Virus record (IMG/VR): IMGVR_UViG_3300021962_000054
Coordinates: 31,796 to 95,795 of that record
DNA: 64,000 nt
DNA from: a virus
Direction: 5' to 3' (one strand)
Translations under genes and position numbers: made by a program
Shown here: positions 18,366 to 27,964 of the stretch, one piece after another
Position numbering within the stretch: the first letter of the stretch is position 1
Layout: each line of letters begins with the position of its first letter
Notes under the pieces: generated by a model
The model's input: only the letters and a program-made list of their open reading frames with translations
Told to the model about the DNA's origin: nothing
Databases searched by the model: none

Positions 18366-18737
18366 ATGAGATTTCTAACAAGGAAGTTAGTACAGCCCGG
18401 CGATCTAAACGTAAGAGGCACACTCTTTGGTGGTCGCTTATTGGCTTGGGTTGACGAAGAAGCAGCGATCTTTGCTGGTGTTGAAACTAGACACAATAAG
18501 GTGGTGACTAAAAAGATTTCAGCAATCGATTTTATCGCGCCTGCATTTCAAGGTGACATCGTTGAGATCGGCGTCGCGCTAAAACGTGTAGGCAAGACAA
18601 GTGTAACTTTAGAAGTGCAGGTACGAAATCTAGTCACGCAAAAGGTTATCGTAAATATAGATGAAATGGTTTTTGTATGTGTCGATGAGAACGGTGTTCC
18701 CGTCAGACATATGTTAGGATTACCTAAGGGACAATAG
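18366..18737 (+). CDS. acyl-CoA thioesterase (hotdog fold, YciA-like)
   Basis: DLN..GTLFGG.LL.W.DE, VG.TS, FVCVD. Confidence 0.9.
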   Translation: MRFLTRKLVQPGDLNVRGTLFGGRLLAWVDEEAAIFAGVETRHNKVVTKKISAIDFIAPAFQGDIVEIGVALKRVGKTSVTLEVQVRNLVTQKVIVNIDEMVFVCVDENGVPVRHMLGLPKGQ

Positions 18738-18803
18738 CTCAGTTGGTAGAGCAAAGTGTTGATAACGCTTAGGTCCATGGTTCGAACCCATGTTGTCCCA
18801 CCA
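18728..18803 (+). tRNA. tRNA-Ile(GAT)
   Basis: TT-GAT-AA, CCA; overlaps the thioesterase stop. Confidence 0.93.
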
Positions 18804-18810
18804 ATTTTCT

Positions 18811-18902
18811 GGAGACTTGGCTGAGTGGTCGAAAGCGGCGCCCTGCTAAGGCGTTGTATGGATAACACCGTACCATTGGTTCGAATCCAATAGTCTCCGC
18901 CA
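18811..18902 (+). tRNA. tRNA-Ser(GCT)
   Basis: CT-GCT-AA, long variable arm, G73. Confidence 0.95.
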
Positions 18903-18905
18903 GAT

Positions 18906-19079
18906 TTAGACTACGATGTGTAATCGTTCTTCACGTTTGCGCCATGCCTCAAGATTACGTTGTATCTCTTCAGGTGATGTGACAAGCAAACTTGTATCTT
19001 TGGGTTTAGCAAGTTCTTCTTTTGTATATACAGGATCTATGAGAGGTATATACTTGTCTAATAGTTTTCCTACTTCCAT
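18906..19079 (-). CDS. small hypothetical protein (57 aa, MEVGKLLDKY...)
   Basis: Read manually; fills the inter-tRNA gap; TAAATA 5 nt upstream on the minus strand. Confidence 0.55.
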   Translation of the reverse strand: MEVGKLLDKYIPLIDPVYTKEELAKPKDTSLLVTSPEEIQRNLEAWRKREERLHIVV

Positions 19080-19092
19080 AAATATATTTATT

Positions 19093-19169
19093 GGTGAGGT
19101 AGCTCAGACGGTTAGAGCGATGGATTCATAACCCATAGGTCGGGAGTTCGATTCTCCCCTTCACCACCA
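19093..19169 (+). tRNA. tRNA-Met(CAT), probably elongator
   Basis: Cloverleaf, TT-CAT-AA, CCA. Confidence 0.88.
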
Positions 19170-19178
19170 ATAGTATTC

Positions 19179-19255
19179 GGCTCGGTAGTTCAGTTGGTTA
19201 GAATATCGGCCTGTCACGCCGAGGGTCACGGGTTCAAGTCCCGTCCGAGTCGCCA
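19179..19255 (+). tRNA. tRNA-Asp(GTC)
   Basis: CT-GTC-AC, G73. Confidence 0.95.
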
Positions 19256-19278
19256 ATTTTAGTTATAAATAATTAGGT

Positions 19279-19959
19279 ATGTCACGCTTGATAACATTAG
19301 GTTGCAGCCTAACTTATGATATAGGAATGAAAGAACGGTTAGCTGAATTGCTAGCATATGACCTCATAAGTCATGCTCAGACTGCCGGCAGTAATGGCTT
19401 GCAGATAAACAAATTTCATGAATATGTTTTAGAAAACGATGTCGATAAACAAGATTTAGTATTATGGCAAATCACAAGTCCTACTAGGAACCATGTTAGA
19501 TTGTATCCTAATATTGTCAACACAAAGAAAGTAAAAGACATTCAAGAAAAAGATTTTGCACCTAACGATAGATATCATTATATTCAGAATAGTATGAATG
19601 TGTTTGACAATTTGTCAAGGCTTGATATGCTATGCAATAGTCCATATAGTTTGGTTGAATTTGACTCTAACGAACAGTTACAAAACATACTAACTAACAT
19701 AGTTTTATGTAGTAAAATATATCCCAAAACTATGATCTTGTTTGGATGGTCTCAGATGTTGAACGATAAAGAAAAAGATATATTTTTTCAATACCTAGAT
19801 AGACATAATGTTCAATACATAAAAGAATTCTATGTAGATTGGATAAAAAATAATAAATTGAAGATGTGGGATGATGACTACCATCCGGCTCCCGAGTCCG
19901 GGGCAATATTTGCCGAACAAGTCATCATGCCGAAATTACAGGAACTGAGCTGGATATGA
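19279..19959 (+). CDS. SGNH/GDSL-like protein
   Basis: GCSLT nucleophile block, G.SN, C-terminal DDYHP. Confidence 0.6.
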   Translation: MSRLITLGCSLTYDIGMKERLAELLAYDLISHAQTAGSNGLQINKFHEYVLENDVDKQDLVLWQITSPTRNHVRLYPNIVNTKKVKDIQEKDFAPNDRYHYIQNSMNVFDNLSRLDMLCNSPYSLVEFDSNEQLQNILTNIVLCSKIYPKTMILFGWSQMLNDKEKDIFFQYLDRHNVQYIKEFYVDWIKNNKLKMWDDDYHPAPESGAIFAEQVIMPKLQELSWI

Positions 19960-20654
19960 CACTACCTATCGTCGATACAAAAGTTGTAGAAAACTTCTTT
20001 ACTGATGAAGAAGTAGATATGATTTTGCAAGAGTACCATAATGCAAATAGAGTTAGCAGAGAAAATCCATTCTACAGAGATGGCGTATTACAGAATTATA
20101 CGCAAGGCATAATTGCTATCGACAACGGACGACAGGTTCATGTCAGGCAATTCGCTAGAACAGCAGAGTTGTTGAAAGCTAGACTGGCTATGCATTTTGG
20201 TGACGACATCAATATCGGCACTGCGCACGTATTACGTAGCTATCAGCCATATAAATGTCACACAGACGGCGAGGACGGACAAGCAAAAATAGACGCTCAA
20301 CATTACGGAGCGTATACTTTTGTCATACCTTTAGAGACGGTTGATTCATATACGATAGTTTTCAATGAATATTTTGATAAAGGTAAATTATTAGACGAAT
20401 GGTTCTTAGAAAACCCTGACATGCCTAAAAAAGATGTCATAACAGATGAAATTTATGAGAAGCACCTCAGCGCAGAATATAGAGAATATATGAGGTATCT
20501 TTCAATCGATACTATTTTCCCTTGGAAAAGGGGATCATGTCTTGGGATGAGTAGATATAAGTTTCATGGTAGTGATAATTTTCCAACAAGAATGGAAAGT
20601 AAATTAGGAATTATAGTTTGGACTGTCTTCAATCACGGTCCTAAATCAATATAA
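19956..20654 (+). CDS. 2OG-Fe(II) oxygenase-like protein
   Basis: ENFFT.EE start, HTD, VIPL, W..G....R..FH.S. Confidence 0.6.
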   Translation: MTLPIVDTKVVENFFTDEEVDMILQEYHNANRVSRENPFYRDGVLQNYTQGIIAIDNGRQVHVRQFARTAELLKARLAMHFGDDINIGTAHVLRSYQPYKCHTDGEDGQAKIDAQHYGAYTFVIPLETVDSYTIVFNEYFDKGKLLDEWFLENPDMPKKDVITDEIYEKHLSAEYREYMRYLSIDTIFPWKRGSCLGMSRYKFHGSDNFPTRMESKLGIIVWTVFNHGPKSI

Positions 20655-20656
20655 TT

Positions 20657-20733
20657 GTGACCGTTGTCAAGTGGCCTAAGACCCCGGGTTGTGATCCCGG
20701 TATTCGTTGGTTCGAATCCAACCGGTCACCCCA
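20657..20733 (+). tRNA. tRNA-His(GTG)
   Basis: TT-GTG-AT, C73, CCA; genomic -1 base is T. Confidence 0.93.
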
Positions 20734-20739
20734 TTTTTT

Positions 20740-20834
20740 GCCCCTGTAGTTTAATGGTAGAACACCTGTCTTATACACAGGCTTTGGCGCCAGATTAGCG
20801 CACAGTGTCGGTTCGACTCCGGCCGGGGGTACCA
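20740..20834 (+). tRNA. tRNA-Ile(TAT) with long variable arm
   Basis: CCTGT-CTTATAC-ACAGG anticodon arm; GCGC/GCGC variable stem; T arm; ACCA. Confidence 0.85.
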
Positions 20835-20848
20835 ACAGTAAATAAAAC

Positions 20849-22153
20849 ATGAAGCAAAACATCTATGTTTTACCAAAAGAGTTTACTAACTTAAGTTGGT
20901 CGAAAGATTATTCTTTTGCACACATAGATGATGCATTCAAGTTCGATTCCCCAAATTTTCTTGAAAACACTGTGGGGTTAGAAGAGATATTACAAAATAA
21001 TAATCTGTTATGTGAATATAAATTGATAATCATATTTCCTATGCCTTTACAAAGCACGTATCTATTAGATGAAAATTACAAAGATAACAACACTAAATGG
21101 TTTAGTTTATTGGATAGATGTCTGTTACTTTGTAAAAATAGACCGGATACTAGGATAGTGTCTGGTACAGACTGGGATGAACATAATGTAAGCTGTTACG
21201 AAAATAAAAGTTTGATCAAACTCATAATAGACAAATTTAGATATAACAGAGTTGATTTAGCAAAACTGACGTGGCTGTACAGCAACCCATTCGTTCCGGA
21301 ATGGTTAGCGCAAGAAACATCATATGACAAAACAACGGTCAATAGTTTTTACTACAGTAGCTATCTACCACGTTGCAAAGAACTTATACTGTTGTTGGGA
21401 GAACCAGACTATTTTGTAAACAAAACCCATTGGTTTTTGAGTCTCAACAGAAATGTAAGACAGCACAGAACCAATCTAGCATATTGGTGGTACAAGAATA
21501 AACGAAGACCGGCTCATATAAGCTATCGAATGATGTCCGGTTCATATGAGGTAGCAGACAAAGCTCTTATAAAAAAATGGTTCAAAGGCATTAATTTAGG
21601 CTTTCATGATAATAAAATGAAAGATCCCGAAAACTACTATGCATTTGTAGATTCTTTACCTTGGTGTCTTGACACACCGGATGCTAAAAAAACCCTTGAT
21701 ATCGAATATCAAGATTGTCTCTCAAAAAAATTTATTAGTGAATCGGCGTGTTATATTCCTACAGAGACACATTGCACTAATGATTTATACTATAAAGGAT
21801 TCATAACAGAGAAGACATACAAAACATTCGTATTTGGAATGCCGTCAATCTGGATTTCATCAGCACATACTATCGAAGCCTGTAAAAAATTAGGTTTTCG
21901 ATCTTTTGGCAAACTAATCAATGAAGAGTATGATAAAGAAGAAAATTTGTCCAAAAGAATGAATATGGTTTTGCGAGAGCTAGATCGAATACAAAAAATA
22001 GAAGATATCACGTATTGGTATAGAAAGGGCATCGATATCTATAGACATAATTTTACCAAAATAAAAGAATTGACCGAAATAAATTACGTTGACAAAGTGG
22101 GAAATTATCATGATATCTATGCTGCTAAGTATGGAACTATCTCTAATCTATAG
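20849..22153 (+). CDS. hypothetical protein with a glycosyltransferase-like C-terminus
   Basis: FLSLNR..R.HR, TET, ITEKTYK...MP, LGF.SF...INE.YD motifs. Confidence 0.6.
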   Translation: MKQNIYVLPKEFTNLSWSKDYSFAHIDDAFKFDSPNFLENTVGLEEILQNNNLLCEYKLIIIFPMPLQSTYLLDENYKDNNTKWFSLLDRCLLLCKNRPDTRIVSGTDWDEHNVSCYENKSLIKLIIDKFRYNRVDLAKLTWLYSNPFVPEWLAQETSYDKTTVNSFYYSSYLPRCKELILLLGEPDYFVNKTHWFLSLNRNVRQHRTNLAYWWYKNKRRPAHISYRMMSGSYEVADKALIKKWFKGINLGFHDNKMKDPENYYAFVDSLPWCLDTPDAKKTLDIEYQDCLSKKFISESACYIPTETHCTNDLYYKGFITEKTYKTFVFGMPSIWISSAHTIEACKKLGFRSFGKLINEEYDKEENLSKRMNMVLRELDRIQKIEDITYWYRKGIDIYRHNFTKIKELTEINYVDKVGNYHDIYAAKYGTISNL

Positions 22154-22239
22154 TATTTTTTCTATGGGTGATATAAATTTGCATTGTTCCGACGAATATA
22201 TTATAATTCAAGATAGTGATTGTACACTTGAGATATTAC

Positions 22240-22315
22240 GGGACCTTAGCTCAGATGGTAGAGCAGTAGACTTTTAATCTATTGGTCGGGAGTTCGATCC
22301 TCCCAGGTCCTACCA
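22240..22315 (+). tRNA. tRNA-Lys(TTT)
   Basis: CT-TTT-AA, CCA; TTGCAT..TATAAT promoter upstream. Confidence 0.95.
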
Positions 22316-22321
22316 ATTTAT

Positions 22322-22397
22322 GGCCTCGTAGCTCAGGGGATAGAGCAACAGCCTTCTAAGCTGTGGGTCGCAGGTTCGAATCCTGCCGGGGTCGCCA
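22322..22397 (+). tRNA. tRNA-Arg(TCT)
   Basis: CT-TCT-AA, A20, CCA. Confidence 0.95.
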
Positions 22398-22410
22398 ATA
22401 TGAGGTGTGT

Positions 22411-23028
22411 ATGAAGATAAAAGTTTATAACAAAAATATTATATACGCAGCGTTTACTACGCAAAAGGAACTGACGTTGACTATGTGTAGACCACAAGAG
22501 TATTATGAGTGTGATAGCATTAAGTTACGCGGTAAAGTATTTTCATACGAAAAACTCGTCGACCACTATACACAAGATGATGGGCACTTGAGTTACTTTA
22601 GTATTTGGTCAGGCTTCAACATACCCAGTTATGTACTAGAAGATTTCTTTAGTAAGTTTGAATTGACCAAACGTGAACAAAAGCTGTATAACGTCACAAG
22701 ACCTTACAGCAATAAACCATATTATTTTATTGCTAGTAAAAAGAATGACACCGATACATTACGTCATGAATTAGTTCATGCGCACTACTATCTCAATCCT
22801 GTTTATAAACAAGCAGCAAATACATTAGTAAAGCATATGCGACCCGATTTACGTAAAAAGTTAACAGCAGGGTTGAAAGAAAAAGGGTACACTAATAGTG
22901 TGATAGTAGATGAAATAAATGCTTACATGGCAACAAGCGGTACTAAGTATCTCAAGACAGAATTTGATTTAGAAGTGACAAGAAAAGATATAAAGCCATT
23001 CGTAGATTTGGCTAAAACAGTTTTATGA
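22411..23028 (+). CDS. HEXXH-containing hypothetical (zincin-like) protein
   Basis: HELVHAH ... DEINAY; GAGG RBS before ATG 22411. Confidence 0.7.
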   Translation: MKIKVYNKNIIYAAFTTQKELTLTMCRPQEYYECDSIKLRGKVFSYEKLVDHYTQDDGHLSYFSIWSGFNIPSYVLEDFFSKFELTKREQKLYNVTRPYSNKPYYFIASKKNDTDTLRHELVHAHYYLNPVYKQAANTLVKHMRPDLRKKLTAGLKEKGYTNSVIVDEINAYMATSGTKYLKTEFDLEVTRKDIKPFVDLAKTVL

Positions 23029-23102
23029 GCGGGATTAGTTTAATGGTAAAACAGCAGATTTCCAATCTTCGGTCGAGAGTTCGATTCTCTCATCCCGCTC
23101 CA
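23029..23102 (+). tRNA. tRNA-Gly(TCC)
   Basis: TT-TCC-AA, U73, CCA. Confidence 0.93.
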
Positions 23103-23122
23103 ATTACAAAAGGTAAAGTTAT

Positions 23123-23362
23123 ATGATGGACAGCAAACAATTAGCGTTAGTATATCTCATGGAAGAGGCTAACCGCATGTCTAGTGTATGCACAAAAAAT
23201 GTGCATAGCCTTGATAAACGTAAAGCTAAAAAACAATTAGAAGAGCAACTAGGAAAGTTGTTTTCTGCTATGCGCGAAGTAGGAGAAGAGTTTGATATAG
23301 ATGAAGATTCTACTATGGTTCATGCAGAAAAAGAATATCTGCGAAGATTAGAAGAGAAATAA
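23123..23362 (+). CDS. small helical protein (degenerate MazG-like)
   Basis: LMEEA ... LEEQLG pattern. Confidence 0.5.
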   Translation: MMDSKQLALVYLMEEANRMSSVCTKNVHSLDKRKAKKQLEEQLGKLFSAMREVGEEFDIDEDSTMVHAEKEYLRRLEEK

Positions 23363-23364
23363 TA

Positions 23365-24114
23365 TTAGCTGAATTCTAGATCGTCTATGTGCCTGTAATC
23401 TTGTATGCACTCATTGACACAATCAATAAGTTGATCATGATTACCGATCGCAGTTGAATAGTTGATATTATTTGGTTGTTTTCGATATGTAAATTCTTTT
23501 ATATGATCAGGAATTTCGTCGAAAGATAATTCTATTATGTTTCTATTAGTTGTAGTCAAGAATTTTTTGAGCTTTTCCAATAGTAGTACATCTAACACAG
23601 CACGACATATTATTGTTTTACAATCATATTTGAATTTATATTCCATATCATTAGCTTTCATCGCATGATAAAACCAGCTGCTTGCTACGTCATAGATATC
23701 TCGTTGTAGATAGTATATTTTATCAAATCGATCAAATGGAATCAATTTACTGATTTCTTGAAAAATAAATTGTTGATCATAGTCGAGTTCATAATCTGCT
23801 TTACTTAGTGGAAATGTTCTAGATAGAGGACCACAAATGAAAGGTTTGTAGTTGTTAGTATAGGTGAGCATTGTTCCCCATAATTTAGCAACAACTGCCT
23901 GATGGCTAAAAATCTCATTGATCTGATCATGCCATTTTTTGATATAAAACTCTTTTCTTGATTTTTTTATAAAAAAGTTGGGATGGATACTACTAGAGCT
24001 TTCATGGGGAAAGTTTAGTTTTTCGTGATGATTATGGCAATCATATTTTTTTACAAGATATTCATTGAATATGGTCGATCTTGATCTGGGGGTAGAGCAA
24101 ACTAAAATTCGCAT
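23365..24114 (-). CDS. sulfotransferase-like protein
   Basis: MRILVCSTPRSRST 5'-PSB-like loop, YLQRD..D..SS 3'-PB-like motif; true start 24114. Confidence 0.6.
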   Translation of the reverse strand: MRILVCSTPRSRSTIFNEYLVKKYDCHNHHEKLNFPHESSSSIHPNFFIKKSRKEFYIKKWHDQINEIFSHQAVVAKLWGTMLTYTNNYKPFICGPLSRTFPLSKADYELDYDQQFIFQEISKLIPFDRFDKIYYLQRDIYDVASSWFYHAMKANDMEYKFKYDCKTIICRAVLDVLLLEKLKKFLTTTNRNIIELSFDEIPDHIKEFTYRKQPNNINYSTAIGNHDQLIDCVNECIQDYRHIDDLEFS

Positions 24115-24144
24115 GATGATATATTTATTTTGGAATAATATTGG

Positions 24145-24172
24145 TTGACAATTTGCGTATAATAAGTATAAT
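24145..24172 (+). promoter_or_regulatory. sigma70 promoter for tRNA-Leu
   Basis: TTGACA-N16-TATAAT. Confidence 0.75.
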
Positions 24173-24189
24173 ATATAAACAATATATGA

Positions 24190-24272
24190 GCCCAGGTGGT
24201 GGAATGGTATACACGGTGGTCTTAGAAGCCACTGCCTTGTGCATGGAGGTTCGAGTCCTCTCCTGGGCACCA
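24190..24272 (+). tRNA. tRNA-Leu(TAG)
   Basis: CT-TAG-AA, variable arm, A73. Confidence 0.95.
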
Positions 24273-24273
24273 T

Positions 24274-25035
24274 CTATGTAAAATCGATCTTATCAGCATA
24301 GACTTGTAATTTGTTTATTTTTTCATGTATCAATCCTTCTATGTCAGCATAGTTTGTTATAAGATCCTTGTAATTGTTTTCTAAATCTAAGATTGTATTG
24401 CTCTTTACGAAATTTTGTTCGCAAAAAGCAGGTAATGTATCATAATGTAAATCTATCACAGAGAGTCCAATATTTTTTATAAAGGTGTTTATTTTTTGCT
24501 GTATCAGATATTCTAGTACTTTAAGATCTATGACTTTATGCATTTCGTCTGTGATAGTGATGGGTCTTTTTTTGATTTGATAATCCTTATGCCAGTAATT
24601 TGTATGCACCATCCATTTGTTTTTATAATCGGCATATAGATAGCTCATTGTGCTGTCTACTGGATCCCTGTCGATATTATAAATCGCATCATACTTTTTG
24701 AAGTCATAGGTGCTGCTAATGTTTTGGATGTATTGGAAATCATCTAAATCATTATAAAGAAGAAGGTGTTTTGGAAAAAACTTTATCACGAATCCTCTAG
24801 GGTCAGAAAATAGCTCTTCTGTAAATTTTTTAGTTTGGGTCTCAAATTGATCAAGTTCTATTTTATAATTCCTAAGTTGTAGTTTGGGCACTAATCTGAG
24901 TAACGGGTCGATTTGTAGCGAAAGCGGAATTCTGTGATAGTATTCCATTTTATTTGATATTTTATAAAATTCGGCTAATGTATAACATAATAAACTACTT
25001 CTAGTTCTATGTCTGGAAACAATAAGGATACGCAT
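24274..25035 (-). CDS. sulfotransferase-like protein (paralog of 23365-24114)
   Basis: MRILIVSRHRTRSS, IDRDPVDSTMS. Confidence 0.6.
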   Translation of the reverse strand: MRILIVSRHRTRSSLLCYTLAEFYKISNKMEYYHRIPLSLQIDPLLRLVPKLQLRNYKIELDQFETQTKKFTEELFSDPRGFVIKFFPKHLLLYNDLDDFQYIQNISSTYDFKKYDAIYNIDRDPVDSTMSYLYADYKNKWMVHTNYWHKDYQIKKRPITITDEMHKVIDLKVLEYLIQQKINTFIKNIGLSVIDLHYDTLPAFCEQNFVKSNTILDLENNYKDLITNYADIEGLIHEKINKLQVYADKIDFT

Positions 25036-25102
25036 CTAGGATTACCTTTATTTTTGAATGAATCAAGGGTATTTAGTATAATAATCATACGGAGATTAGC
25101 TT

Positions 25103-25270
25103 ATGAAACAGGTAACTTTGGAAAATATTTATAACAAGGAACGATATACCAGTGTGGGTAAGCAAACTAAAAAGTATATTGATGGGGTTGAATACATAAA
25201 AGTTGTTTTGGAAGGAACTCAGCGAGAAGTATTAATTCGCAGAGACTATGTAAAGAAGGTAAATAAATAA
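25103..25270 (+). CDS. small hypothetical protein (55 aa)
   Basis: Read manually: MKQVTLEN...IDGVEYIKV; GGAG RBS. Confidence 0.65.
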   Translation: MKQVTLENIYNKERYTSVGKQTKKYIDGVEYIKVVLEGTQREVLIRRDYVKKVNK

Positions 25271-25279
25271 AGAGGACAT

Positions 25280-25840
25280 ATGGCAGTTTTAGCATTAGAT
25301 ATCAGTGGAAATCCTCGACAGTGGATAAGTCACGACATGGCTATCGTTTACCATGCAAAAAAATCTGTCGCTTGGTCTTTAGGAGAAGTGATCGCGAAGT
25401 ATAGGGGCGGCTACCAAAATAACGGTAATCAATCCTATATCGAAACTCCTAGCATAATAGCTATCAGGGGAAATGGGTTCAATCCTGCAAGACAGGGACG
25501 GGTAACATTGACAAATAAAACTTTATTCGGTCGAGACAGACATATCTGTGCCTATTGCGGAGGACATTTCCCCAACACTACCCAATTGAGCAGAGATCAT
25601 ATCGTACCACGTAGCAAAGGCGGAGTAGACGATTGGATGAATGTTGTCACTGCTTGTAAACGTTGCAACACACATAAGGGTCAAAAGTCACTGAAAGAGG
25701 CACGCCTTGAGTTGATCTATGTACCTTATGTTCCTAATCATTTTGAGAATCTTATATTACAAAATAGGAATATCCTCGCGGATCAAATGGAATATCTACT
25801 ATCTGGTGTACCCAAACATAGTAGAGTTTTGTTATGCTAG
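25280..25840 (+). CDS. HNH endonuclease
   Basis: RDRHICAYCG, DHIVPRSKGG, NVVTACKRCN..K. Confidence 0.93.
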   Translation: MAVLALDISGNPRQWISHDMAIVYHAKKSVAWSLGEVIAKYRGGYQNNGNQSYIETPSIIAIRGNGFNPARQGRVTLTNKTLFGRDRHICAYCGGHFPNTTQLSRDHIVPRSKGGVDDWMNVVTACKRCNTHKGQKSLKEARLELIYVPYVPNHFENLILQNRNILADQMEYLLSGVPKHSRVLLC

Positions 25841-26403
25841 TTCAAAAGAATAAATTCGAGGTTCCATATTACATTTATAAAGTAGAAGATCATGAGGATC
25901 TAAAGTCCAAATTGATTCCTTTACTTGAGAAGATAGATGGAATCAATTCTGTACAGAGTTTTGAAACAATAAGCAAGTCAGATTGGAATACTAATCAGGA
26001 TGCCACTTATTTTAGAAAAAATTTCGTATTGAACAAAGAACCTAATTATTATTCTCTATTGGAACATCATATAGACAAAATTATTCATGAAGTTATTCCT
26101 GATAAAAATAAGAAATCTTTTTATGTGGGTCAAGGATGGTTTCACCAGTATAAAAAGATGAATTATTATTTTTATCACTGGCATCCGGGTTCAAGATGGG
26201 CATTAGTATACTATCTAGAGTTACCGGAAGATGGTCCTAAAACCGAGTTTGAAAACGAGTTTGGATTACCAATATGTCCTGATGTAAAAGAAGGAGATAT
26301 ACTCATTTTTCCTAGCTGGATAAAACATCGGAGCCCTCCCAACAAATCTGTCGGTAGAAAGACAATTATTGCCTTTAATCTTGTAGAAAAAGAATCAGTA
26401 TAG
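25834..26403 (+). CDS. 2OG-Fe(II) oxygenase
   Basis: WFHQY, HWH, VYYL, EGDILIFPSWIKH, IIAFN. Confidence 0.85.
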   Translation: MLVQKNKFEVPYYIYKVEDHEDLKSKLIPLLEKIDGINSVQSFETISKSDWNTNQDATYFRKNFVLNKEPNYYSLLEHHIDKIIHEVIPDKNKKSFYVGQGWFHQYKKMNYYFYHWHPGSRWALVYYLELPEDGPKTEFENEFGLPICPDVKEGDILIFPSWIKHRSPPNKSVGRKTIIAFNLVEKESV

Positions 26404-26427
26404 TACACTGATCTAAATAAACGAGTC

Positions 26428-26502
26428 GCCCACTTAGCACAGCGGTAGTGCAACTGATTTGTAATCAGTAGGTCGGGAGTTCAAATCTCTCAGTGGGCAC
26501 CA
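26428..26502 (+). tRNA. tRNA-Thr(TGT)
   Basis: TT-TGT-AA, CCA. Confidence 0.95.
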
Positions 26503-26553
26503 TCTCTTTTAGCTATAAATATAATAGTAACCCTAACATAAGGAGAAATTATT

Positions 26554-26712
26554 ATGTCATTTGAAGTAATATTGGCTATCATAGTTTTAGTAGGTTTTGG
26601 AGCATTTCTATACCTCAGAAAAAAGAAAGCAGACGCTAATCGTGGTGCTAATGGAAGCAGCGGAAGCGGCGGCGAAATTCCAAAAACTGACGGAAAAGAT
26701 AGTCTAAAATAA
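26554..26712 (+). CDS. small single-pass membrane protein (52 aa)
   Basis: Read manually; TATAAATA plus AGGAG; one TM followed by RKKK. Confidence 0.7.
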   Translation: MSFEVILAIIVLVGFGAFLYLRKKKADANRGANGSSGSGGEIPKTDGKDSLK

Positions 26713-26813
26713 GAATTGTACAGCTTTTGTACTGTACAAAACTTCTACATTTCGGCCAGTAAGTATAAATAAGTTTGTGCAAGGATGCACAATCTACTAT
26801 ACAGGAGTTCGTT

Positions 26814-27065
26814 ATGAAGAAGTTAGCAATTGGTCTATTGGCATTGGTTTCTGTAACAGCAATGGCACAGGATCGTGTCAGCAAGTTTGATAAAAACGGT
26901 GACGCAAAGGTAGACTTTGCTGAACTAACATCAGTATGTGAAGTTAGCCAGAATCTTTTTATGAAGGCTGACAAGGATAATGATGGTGCATTGAGTAATG
27001 GTGAGATGCGTACTGCTAAAGCATATTTGTTTAGCAAGTGCGGTAAGGAAGAAAAGAACGCCTGA
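26814..27065 (+). CDS. secreted EF-hand protein
   Basis: Signal peptide (AMA|Q); two EF loops, DKNGDAKVDFAE and DKDNDGALSNGE. Confidence 0.85.
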   Translation: MKKLAIGLLALVSVTAMAQDRVSKFDKNGDAKVDFAELTSVCEVSQNLFMKADKDNDGALSNGEMRTAKAYLFSKCGKEEKNA

Positions 27066-27105
27066 TAGTAGGTGTTAGTTTTACAACTCACCTCCAGAGG
27101 GTTGT

Positions 27106-27131
27106 GGGGCGATAGAAATATCGCCCCTTTT
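27106..27131 (+). terminator. intrinsic terminator
   Basis: GGGGCGATA-gaaa-TATCGCCCC-TTTT. Confidence 0.85.
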
Positions 27132-27154
27132 GTTTAGGCCATAAATAAAAATAT

Positions 27155-27733
27155 ATGAATTTGCGCGAAGTAGACAATTTTTTTCCTATTTTCTTACAAA
27201 AAGACCTAATGGCTACCATACTCAAGACTGACTTTGTATGGGGATATACACGTAGCATCAATTCTGAAGATCAACTTCTTGTGCAAAAATGGTTGAAAAA
27301 TGAAAGAGTCGTAGACGATTATGCATTTGTTCATATCCTTGACTTAGAAAGCGGAAAAGATAAAAGTTTGCTAGCGAATATAAAATTTTACATTCAAAAA
27401 CATTTCAATGTCGAGGTGAATCAAATATTACGGGGAAGGTTTATTTTCTCTCCACCCAATTCTAAAGCACGTCCAGATAATATATTGATGCCACATATTG
27501 ACTTAATGACCCCTCATCAAACTCTGCTTTATTATATAAACACTAATGATGCCGAGACTGTATTTTTTGATCAATCATATAATGAACAGTTGCTAAATTA
27601 TATTTTACCTGACACCTATTACGCTGTAAAACCAAAACAAGGCAAGGCTGTATTATTTGACGGACTGATACATCATGCTGGTAGGATATCAAATCAAGAT
27701 AAAAGAATTTTACTAAGTGTCAATTTCATCTAA
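27155..27733 (+). CDS. 2OG-Fe(II) oxygenase
   Basis: PHID, LLYYIN, T.FF, PKQGKAVLFDG..HHA, R...NF. Confidence 0.85.
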   Translation: MNLREVDNFFPIFLQKDLMATILKTDFVWGYTRSINSEDQLLVQKWLKNERVVDDYAFVHILDLESGKDKSLLANIKFYIQKHFNVEVNQILRGRFIFSPPNSKARPDNILMPHIDLMTPHQTLLYYINTNDAETVFFDQSYNEQLLNYILPDTYYAVKPKQGKAVLFDGLIHHAGRISNQDKRILLSVNFI

Positions 27734-27745
27734 ATATCAAAGTGT

Positions 27746-27821
27746 TGGCGAATAGCTCAGTCGGTAGAGCAGGTGACTGTTAATCACCCTGTCGCAGGTT
27801 CGATCCCTGCTTCGCCAGCCA
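27746..27821 (+). tRNA. tRNA-Asn(GTT)
   Basis: CT-GTT-AA, G73. Confidence 0.95.
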
Positions 27822-27876
27822 ACCCAATTATAATTGAATAATCATATAAATCATGTATAATAAACTTATGATGACT

Positions 27877-27953
27877 CGGGATGTAGCTCAGCCTGGTAGA
27901 GCATTTGCTTTGGGAGCAAAGGGTCCAAGGTTCGAATCCTTGTATCCCGACCA
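27877..27953 (+). tRNA. tRNA-Pro(TGG)
   Basis: C1-G72, TT-TGG-GA, CCA. Confidence 0.95.
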
Positions 27954-27964
27954 CTAAATAAAAT

